Positions 26,440 through 33,486 of a DNA stretch of 64,000 nucleotides are shown piece by piece. The notes beneath the pieces were generated by a model. That model searched no databases. It was not told the origin of the DNA and saw nothing but the letters and a program-made list of their open reading frames with translations. Every line of letters starts with the position of its first letter. The stretch's first letter is position 1. The translations under genes were made by a program, and so were the position numbers. This stretch comes from an uncultured Bacteroidales bacterium (GTDB taxonomy: Bacteria > Bacteroidota > Bacteroidia > Bacteroidales > Paludibacteraceae). The stretch lies in assembly GCA_946414805.1 (NCBI GenBank), contig CAMKPZ010000002.1:302617-366616 (forward strand), in the 5' to 3' direction.

Positions 26440-28317
26440 ATGACTTTAGAACAACAGATAACCGCCCTTGTTAAAAACGCCGTCAAGGCGCTCTATGACC
26501 TTGATGCTACCGATGCGCAGATCCAGTTGCAGAAGACCCGTCCCGAGTTCGAAGGCAACATCACGCTTGTGGTCTTTCCTTTTGTCAAACTCGCCCGTAA
26601 GGCTCCGCAAGCCGTGGCGCAGGAGATCGGCGAAAAACTGAAGGCTGACGGCTCAGGGCTGATCGCCGAATTCAATGCCGTGCAGGGCTTCCTCAACCTC
26701 ACTGTCTCCGATGCGTTCTGGGTGGAGCAACTGAAAGCCATTGATGCCGACGGGCACTACGGCCGCTTCAAACACCCGAATGGTAAATGCCCGAATGGTA
26801 AATGTGAAAATGACCAAACGGTACATCCCTTGATGATGGTCGAGTACTCTTCGCCGAACACCAACAAACCGCTGCACCTCGGACACGTGCGTAATAATCT
26901 GCTCGGTTATTCGATCGCGAAGATCCAGGAGGCGAACGGATGGAACGTGGTCAAGACCAATATCGTCAACGACCGCGGCATCCATATCTGCAAATCCATG
27001 CTTGCGTGGCTCAAATACGGCAACGGCGAGACTCCGGAGACCTCCGGCAAGAAAGGCGATCACCTTATCGGCGATTACTACGTGCGTTTCGACAAGGAAT
27101 ACAAGGCGCAGATAGCCGAACTCATGGCTGCCGGAAAGGACGAAGAGACCGCTAAACGCGAGGCACCGCTGATGATCGAGGCACAGGAGATGCTCCGTAA
27201 ATGGGAAGCGAACGATCCCGAGGTACGCGCCCTCTGGGCGAAGATGAACGAGTGGGTCTATGCCGGTTTCGACGAGACTTACAAGCGCATGGGTGTCTCT
27301 TTCGATAAGATCTATTATGAGTCCAACACCTATCTGGAGGGCAAATCCGAAGTGGAGAAAGGTCTCGCTTCCGGTGCTTTCTACCGCCGCGAGGACGGAT
27401 CCGTCTGGGCGGATCTGACCAAGGACGGACTGGACGAGAAACTGCTCCTCCGCTCCGACGGCACCTCTGTCTATATGACCCAGGATATAGGTACCGCCAA
27501 ACTGCGGTTCCAGGATTACCCCATCGACAAGATGGTCTATGTGGTCGGCAACGAGCAGGAGTACCATTTCAAGGTGCTCTCTATTCTCCTTGACCGCCTC
27601 GGTTTCCCCTTCGGAAAAGAACTCGTGCATTTCTCCTATGGTATGGTCGAACTGCCGAACGGCAAGATGAAATCCCGCGAGGGTACGGTGGTGGACGCAG
27701 ACGATCTGATGGACAAGATGGTAGCCGACGCCAAGGAAATCTTCCTCCAGAAGTCTAACAGCGATAGCGGTCTAACAGCAAAGCGGTCTGTCAGCGACAG
27801 CGGTCTGTCAGGCGAAGCCGGTCTGACGAGCGATGACATCGCTCGTATGGTGGGTCTCGGCGCACTCAAGTACTTCATTCTCAAGGTTGATCCGCGTAAG
27901 AACATGCTCTTCAACCCCGCGGAGTCGATCGACTTCAACGGCAACACCGGACCGTTCATCCAATACACCTACGCCCGCATCCGTTCCGTCCTCCGCAAAG
28001 CGGAGGAAACCCTGGGAAATCTAGGAACCCTAGAAACCATAGAAACCCTGGATCCCAAAGAGCTCACCCTCATCCAGCGTTTGACGGAGTATCCGGCGGC
28101 GGTGCGTACTGCAGGCGATGAGTTCTCGCCGGCGGTCATCTGCAACTATGCCTATGCGCTGGCATGCGAGTTCAACTCTTTCTATCACGATCTGTCGATC
28201 CTGAACGAGCCCGATGAGCGAAAGAAATCGCTACGCTTGCTTTTGTCTGCAAACGTAGCGAAAGTGCTCCGCTCCGCTATGGCGCTGCTGGGCATTGAGA
28301 TGCCCGAGCGGATGTAA
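26440..28317 (+). CDS. argS: arginine--tRNA ligase
   Basis: HIGH-type motif PLHLGHVRN. KMKSREG (KMSKS equivalent). C-terminal anticodon-binding (DALR-like) region. Contains in-frame tandem-repeat insertions. Confidence 0.95.
   Translation: MTLEQQITALVKNAVKALYDLDATDAQIQLQKTRPEFEGNITLVVFPFVKLARKAPQAVAQEIGEKLKADGSGLIAEFNAVQGFLNLTVSDAFWVEQLKAIDADGHYGRFKHPNGKCPNGKCENDQTVHPLMMVEYSSPNTNKPLHLGHVRNNLLGYSIAKIQEANGWNVVKTNIVNDRGIHICKSMLAWLKYGNGETPETSGKKGDHLIGDYYVRFDKEYKAQIAELMAAGKDEETAKREAPLMIEAQEMLRKWEANDPEVRALWAKMNEWVYAGFDETYKRMGVSFDKIYYESNTYLEGKSEVEKGLASGAFYRREDGSVWADLTKDGLDEKLLLRSDGTSVYMTQDIGTAKLRFQDYPIDKMVYVVGNEQEYHFKVLSILLDRLGFPFGKELVHFSYGMVELPNGKMKSREGTVVDADDLMDKMVADAKEIFLQKSNSDSGLTAKRSVSDSGLSGEAGLTSDDIARMVGLGALKYFILKVDPRKNMLFNPAESIDFNGNTGPFIQYTYARIRSVLRKAEETLGNLGTLETIETLDPKELTLIQRLTEYPAAVRTAGDEFSPAVICNYAYALACEFNSFYHDLSILNEPDERKKSLRLLLSANVAKVLRSAMALLGIEMPERM
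26775..26804 (+). repeat. perfect 15-bp tandem duplication inside argS (CCCGAATGGTAAATG x2, encodes PNGKC-PNGKC)
   Basis: Read directly. Confidence 0.95.
27757..27830 (+). repeat. imperfect AGCGGTCTG-containing repeats inside argS (encodes SDSGL-type repeats; includes GCGAAGCCGGTCTG)
   Basis: AGCGGTCT at 27766, 27782 and 27799, and AGCCGGTCT at 27815. Confidence 0.75.
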
Positions 28318-28323
28318 GCGTCT

Positions 28324-30399
28324 TTAGTTCCGGAATTTCAGTTCGCCGTCCCTAAGTTCTACGATGATCGGTTTGCTCTGACTCACCTTGCCGGCGATGA
28401 TCGCTTTGCTCAGTTCGTTGAGTACCAGCCGTTGCAGGGCGCGTTTGACAGGCCGTGCGCCGAACTGCGGATCATACCCTTCTTTCGCGATATAATCGAT
28501 CGCGTCGTCCGTCACGCGCAGGTCGAAGCCTTCGCTCTCCAGCATCTTGTGGATTCTGCTTATCTGGAGCCCTACCACCGCGCGGATGTCGTCCTGACTC
28601 AGTTCGCTGAAATGGATGATCTCGTCGATTCGGTTTATAAACTCCGGTCGTACGGATGCCCGCAACTGCTCTTCCGTCAGATTGGAGGTCATGATGATGA
28701 GCGTGTTCTTGAAGTTCACCACCCGCCCCTTGTTATCCGTCAGACGGCCGTCGTCCAGCACCTGAAGTAGGACATTGAAGACATCCGGATGGGCTTTCTC
28801 TATCTCGTCGAAGAGCACAACCGAGTACGGTTTGCGCCGGATCGCTTCGGTCAGCTGTCCGCCTTCATCGTATCCTACGTATCCCGGAGGCGCACCGATC
28901 AGACGGGTGGCGCTGAATTTCTCCTGATACTCGCTCATGTCGATCCTCGTGATCATGTTCTCGTCGTCGAAGAGATAATCGGCGAGGGCTTTTGCCAGTT
29001 CGGTCTTACCGACGCCGGTGGTGCCGAGGAAGATGAAACTGCCGATCGGTCTTTTGGGATCCTGCAGTCCGGCACGGCTACGGCGGATAGCGTCGCTCAC
29101 CGCTTCGATCGCTTCGTTCTGACCGATGATGCGCTTATGCAGTTCTTCCTCCAGATGGAGCAGTTTGTCCCGCTCCGATTGCATCATTTTCGCTACCGGA
29201 ATACCCGTCCAGCGTGCCACTACTTCGGCTATATCGTCTTCGTCCACCTCCTCTTTGATGAGCGGAGAACTGACTGCTGATTGCTGATGGCTGAGGGCTT
29301 CCTGCGCCGCTTTGATATTCGTCTCCGCGGCAGGGATCCGGCTGTAACGGATCTCCGCCACCTTGCCGTAATCGCCTTCGCGCTCCGCTACCTCCGCCTC
29401 GTGTTTCATCTGCTCGATGAGCGCTTTCTCGTTCTGGATGGTGGCTACATAGCCTTTCTCCTTGTTCCACCGCGCGTTGAGTTCCTCGCTCTTGGCTTTG
29501 AGTTCTGTCAGCTGATTGCTGATGGCTGAAAGCTTCGCATCGTCCTTGTCCCGCTTGATCGCTTCGCGCTCGATCTCAAGCTGCTTGATCTGACGGTCCA
29601 GGCTGTCGATCTCTTCGGGTTTGGAGTCGACCTCCAGCCGCAGTTTGGCTGCTGCTTCGTCCACAAGGTCAATCGCTTTGTCCGGCAGGAACCGGTCGGT
29701 GATATACCGTGCGGAGAGGGTGACAGCCGCGATGATGGCATCGTCTTTGATACGCACTTTGTGGTGCGTCTCGTAGCGTTCTTTCAGCCCTCGCAGGATG
29801 GAGATCGTAGCCGCTTCGTCCGGCTCGTCCACCATCACTTTCTGGAACCGGCGCTCCAGCGCCTTGTCGGTCTCGAAATACTTCTGGTACTCGTCGAGCG
29901 TGGTTGCACCGATCGCTCTCAGATCGCCTCTTGCCAGAGCCGGCTTCAGGATGTTCGCTGCATCCATAGCGCCGCTGCTCTTTCCGGCACCTACCAGCGT
30001 GTGGATCTCGTCGATGAAGAGGATGATCTCGCCTGCGGCTGCCACTACTTCGTTCACCACGCCTTTGAGCCGCTCTTCGAACTCACCCTGGTATTTGGCA
30101 CCGGCGATGAGCGCACCCATGTCGAGGGAGTAGATCTGTTTCTTCTTCAGGTTCTCCGGCACATCCCCGCGTACGATACGGTGCGCCAGACCCTCGGCGA
30201 TAGCGGTCTTGCCGACACCCGGTTCACCGATCAGAATAGGGTTGTTCTTAGTTCTTCTTGACAGGATCTGCAGCACCCGCCGGATCTCATCGTCACGGCC
30301 GATCACCGGATCCAGTTTGCCCTCCCGAGCCCGCTCACACAGGTTGATCGCGAACTTCTTGAGGTTCTCATTGTTGTTTTGGTTGTTCGTTGCATTCAT
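28324..30399 (-). CDS. clpB: ClpB-type AAA+ disaggregase lacking the N-terminal (Clp_N) domain
   Basis: Two Walker A loops ([18 protein letters not shown]). Long coiled-coil middle domain. [24 protein letters not shown] aligns with the start of NBD1 in E. coli ClpB as I recall it. 691 aa versus about 860 for full-length ClpB. ATG at 30399. Confidence 0.9.
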   Translation of the reverse strand: MNATNNQNNNENLKKFAINLCERAREGKLDPVIGRDDEIRRVLQILSRRTKNNPILIGEPGVGKTAIAEGLAHRIVRGDVPENLKKKQIYSLDMGALIAGAKYQGEFEERLKGVVNEVVAAAGEIILFIDEIHTLVGAGKSSGAMDAANILKPALARGDLRAIGATTLDEYQKYFETDKALERRFQKVMVDEPDEAATISILRGLKERYETHHKVRIKDDAIIAAVTLSARYITDRFLPDKAIDLVDEAAAKLRLEVDSKPEEIDSLDRQIKQLEIEREAIKRDKDDAKLSAISNQLTELKAKSEELNARWNKEKGYVATIQNEKALIEQMKHEAEVAEREGDYGKVAEIRYSRIPAAETNIKAAQEALSHQQSAVSSPLIKEEVDEDDIAEVVARWTGIPVAKMMQSERDKLLHLEEELHKRIIGQNEAIEAVSDAIRRSRAGLQDPKRPIGSFIFLGTTGVGKTELAKALADYLFDDENMITRIDMSEYQEKFSATRLIGAPPGYVGYDEGGQLTEAIRRKPYSVVLFDEIEKAHPDVFNVLLQVLDDGRLTDNKGRVVNFKNTLIIMTSNLTEEQLRASVRPEFINRIDEIIHFSELSQDDIRAVVGLQISRIHKMLESEGFDLRVTDDAIDYIAKEGYDPQFGARPVKRALQRLVLNELSKAIIAGKVSQSKPIIVELRDGELKFRN

Positions 30400-30440
30400 A
30401 GTTGTATGTTGTTTGGTTAGTTAATTCCGTTATTCTCGGA

Positions 30441-30495
30441 AAGCAGACCGCTTCGCTGTGTTCTGTGCGCTGTGTTCTGTGTTCTGTGCACTGTT
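30441..30495. repeat. GCGAAGCGGTCTGCT core (minus strand) plus heptamer array x6 (GCTGTGT/TCTGTGC/TCTGTGT) in the spacer upstream of clpB
   Basis: Read directly. Confidence 0.85.
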
Positions 30496-30574
30496 TTCGA
30501 AGAATCGCTTTCACCCGTTAAACTACAAACGCCGTTCCAAATCCCTCAAGACTGACAAAATGGCAGTTCCTGTC

Positions 30575-31540
30575 TCAACGAACGAAGTCAGAGATATTAA
30601 ATGTGCCGCTGATGGTCTGTGCTTCCGCCTTGCCGGATAGCAGATCGAAGAAGAATGCGCGAATCTCATCGAAAGTCAGTTGCTTCGGTTTGCCTTCCGC
30701 GTCAGTTCCAAAATCATATGTGCGTAGCAGCTGCGGTCCGAGAGCAGCGGCGGTGAGCAGGAAATGGTTCTGGAACTTATCGTAATCCACGAGATCAGCA
30801 GCCAGCACTTTTCCTACCACAGTGTAGCTATATAATGTCTTCTGCATGTGCTCATCGGTAAGGGTAGTGCGGATGGCATCTACCTCCAGGTTCATCTCTA
30901 TACGCCCCGAATCGGCGGATTGCGGTAGGCCGCGGTACATGGATCCCAAATCCGCCAGACTGAGATTATACATCTTCGTGCCCGGAACATAATGGATTTT
31001 CTCCACGGAGAAAGCCGTTGGAAGCAGCATTTGGATAGTCCCTTCGATCTGTACGCTTGGCGCGTTAAACGTACCGATAATACAATTATTCATATCCACT
31101 GATTGTGTGGCGAAGATGCCTCCGATAACTATGCAGTTCTCCAGACTGATCTCGTCCGCATAAATACTACCGGCCACAAACGCGTTCACGAGCGCCACGC
31201 TCTTGGCATTGATATCCGAATGGAAAGACACCCGGCATTTTCGTGCGCGCGAGACAACGGAAGAAGATGAAGCCACGCATTTCCGGAAGTCGATAGCACC
31301 TTTTGCATCTGTGTTGATGTGTAGTTCGCGCTGCGTGAATACGGCACCCTCAAAACGCGCATCGCCGCTCTGGATCTCCATCTGCGCAGCGTACACCGGT
31401 CCTTCGATGACACTATCCTCCTGGATCGTTACGATGCGGGTTAACTCTGCGATCTTGTTCGGTAGAATACCGCCTTTTACCAAATTGCCATTGAGCAATA
31501 TATTTGTCTCATTGATATGAGTTTCTTTTAACTTTTTCAT
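30575..31540 (-). CDS. hypothetical protein, predicted beta-helical repeat N-terminal half (bactofilin-like?)
   Basis: Repeated short beta-strand/turn pattern (VIEGPVYAAQMEIQSGDARFEGAVFTQRELHI…ISLENCIVIGGIFATQSVDMNNCIIGTF). ATG at 31540 is 4 nt after the upstream stop. The track start at 31567 is a TTG. Confidence 0.6.
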   Translation of the reverse strand: MKKLKETHINETNILLNGNLVKGGILPNKIAELTRIVTIQEDSVIEGPVYAAQMEIQSGDARFEGAVFTQRELHINTDAKGAIDFRKCVASSSSVVSRARKCRVSFHSDINAKSVALVNAFVAGSIYADEISLENCIVIGGIFATQSVDMNNCIIGTFNAPSVQIEGTIQMLLPTAFSVEKIHYVPGTKMYNLSLADLGSMYRGLPQSADSGRIEMNLEVDAIRTTLTDEHMQKTLYSYTVVGKVLAADLVDYDKFQNHFLLTAAALGPQLLRTYDFGTDAEGKPKQLTFDEIRAFFFDLLSGKAEAQTISGTFNISDFVR

Positions 31541-31544
31541 ACTA

Positions 31545-32558
31545 TTACAGGGAATAAAGTTTTGCAATTAGTTTTTTTACACGTTGTTCGTGCTCGTTTG
31601 CGGGAGTGGTTTCGTTGAGCATGTCCTGAAAATAGACAGACACATTCTCTTTCTCCTCGTCCGTCATCTCCGGCAGTTTTGCAGCTTCAGCTTTGTCCGT
31701 CAACATGCGTTTCCGATCCTCGGGCAGCATATCGTTCATAAAGATTTTGCTGTACTGCACATTGTGGTCATTCGTCATTGATGCAAAGCAGACAGGCGTG
31801 TAGAAAGTGCGTTCCGAGTTGTCATTGAGTTTGCAATGAGTGAGTGTGATCTCGGTAGCCAGTTTTTTGGACAGAAAACCGTTGGCTTCATGGAGCGCCT
31901 TTTGGGCATGCGTTTTGGCAATGGCGGTGCCAATCTGGGCATCGAGTAAAGTATTCTCTTTACCGGATAGCGCCACGATGTTGAGCATATCGCTTTCCAT
32001 AAACCGGTCTTCTGCTGCGTACATGTTCGCTGCTGTCACAAAGACCGGTTGGTCTAAAGCATGCACGCGATTGTCCAATTCTTTATTCAAATCATTGAAT
32101 ATCGTTGCGTATTGCTGGGCTTTGCGATGATAATCGCGCTCCATCTGTTGTCGCAGGGCAGTCAATTTTTTTTGTGACTCATGCATATCCAGCAGCAGTG
32201 CTTCCACGCGTTTCTGCAGTTCTACAATCTGGTTTGAGATGTCGAACCGGATGGTCTTGAAGAACCCTTCCACTACGGTGTCACCGATTTGCTTTGCTTT
32301 TGCCTTGATGCTTGCCACTTGCGCGGTCTCTGTAGCGATTACGCTTGTCGTCAGGGCGTCCACATGGTTGTTACAAGTGGCTACACTACGGTCGAAAGGA
32401 ACCGTATCCACCTCGATATCCACTTCCACTTCTTCTACGGCAGTGCCGCTATAATGGGCAGTACCGCTACCTCCGCTTTGGGAAGGACCGTACGAGTACG
32501 AGACAGTTCCTGAGTAAGGAATGCGTATCGTTTTTCTGTATGTTTGTCTGTAACTCAT
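31545..32558 (-). CDS. hypothetical coiled-coil protein, paralog of 32570-33475
   Basis: Shares the block QMERDYxRxAQxYxxxFNxLNKELxxRVxxLDQPVF (25 of 37 identical) and an upstream VDTxP…helical region with the neighbouring gene. No family recognised. Confidence 0.7.
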   Translation of the reverse strand: MSYRQTYRKTIRIPYSGTVSYSYGPSQSGGSGTAHYSGTAVEEVEVDIEVDTVPFDRSVATCNNHVDALTTSVIATETAQVASIKAKAKQIGDTVVEGFFKTIRFDISNQIVELQKRVEALLLDMHESQKKLTALRQQMERDYHRKAQQYATIFNDLNKELDNRVHALDQPVFVTAANMYAAEDRFMESDMLNIVALSGKENTLLDAQIGTAIAKTHAQKALHEANGFLSKKLATEITLTHCKLNDNSERTFYTPVCFASMTNDHNVQYSKIFMNDMLPEDRKRMLTDKAEAAKLPEMTDEEKENVSVYFQDMLNETTPANEHEQRVKKLIAKLYSL

Positions 32559-32569
32559 AAGCCTGGGTT

Positions 32570-33475
32570 TTAGATCGTTTGATAGGGGGTGGCTTTATCC
32601 ATTAACTGTAGGATCGTTCGTTTGACACGCTCGGGAATTTCCGATTCGGTCATGATGCGTACAAATTCGTTTTGCACATTCTCGTTTTTTGCCGCCTCAT
32701 GCCATGGCATAGAAGCCGCAGCTTGCATGAGTTCTCCTCGGATGAGTGAAGTGTTCTGATCGGATAGCAGCGCCTCACAGCTCGTCACTTTTGCAGACGC
32801 TCCCTGCTCAAAGCAACGCTCGGAGATTACTACCGGCATGTACAGTACTTTCGTCTCTGCTTTCTGATTGGAGAGGAGAATACGATTGGTCAATTCCTTC
32901 TGTTCCTCCATGCTCCCTACGAAAGACTGCGCGGCCTCAAGTACCTGAATGCCATGGTATTTGACATTCGATGCGAGGATCCGCTGTGCGTCCGTCACGC
33001 TCTCTGTCTGCCCGACAGGAATAGTGGCAGTAAGAGCGGTCATTCGGTTGTTGATCGTTTCCACTTCTGTCGTTGCGAACCGGAACACAGGTTGGTCCAA
33101 CTCCTGTACGCGCTGGCGCAATTCTTTATTAAGGGAATTAAACGTTTTGGTGTATCGTTGGGCAGTACGCATGTAATCGCGTTCCATCTGCCGCTTGATA
33201 TTCAGCAACTGCTTCGTCTGTTGGTTCAGCCGCATCAAATGCGAGTCCACTTCGCTCTGCAGTTTTGCAATCTTCTGCGACAGCGTAGAACTCATCAGCG
33301 CGTGGAAACCCCGGTTCACATCCTTGCAAACCTGATTGGCGGCTTCTTGATCCGCCTTGATGACTGCGGCCTGCATTGCTACTACTGCAGTGGTCGTGCC
33401 GGTGACATGTCGGCTGACAGAATGCAGCTCGTCGGCCATCGGTTGAGTATCAACTCTACAATCTATATATTGCAT
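32570..33475 (-). CDS. hypothetical coiled-coil protein, paralog of 31545-32558
   Basis: See the paralog entry. 11-nt spacers on both sides. Confidence 0.7.
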   Translation of the reverse strand: MQYIDCRVDTQPMADELHSVSRHVTGTTTAVVAMQAAVIKADQEAANQVCKDVNRGFHALMSSTLSQKIAKLQSEVDSHLMRLNQQTKQLLNIKRQMERDYMRTAQRYTKTFNSLNKELRQRVQELDQPVFRFATTEVETINNRMTALTATIPVGQTESVTDAQRILASNVKYHGIQVLEAAQSFVGSMEEQKELTNRILLSNQKAETKVLYMPVVISERCFEQGASAKVTSCEALLSDQNTSLIRGELMQAAASMPWHEAAKNENVQNEFVRIMTESEIPERVKRTILQLMDKATPYQTI

Positions 33476-33486
33476 AATACCCTCCT

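Noticed and set aside
30400-30574. clpB as a pseudogene truncated by insertion of the upstream operon
   Set aside because: The ORF has a clean ATG, and both AAA+ modules and the middle domain are intact. No Clp_N-coding remnant is visible in any frame of the 175-nt gap or beyond the operon next to the tRNA. It looks like a functional short form.
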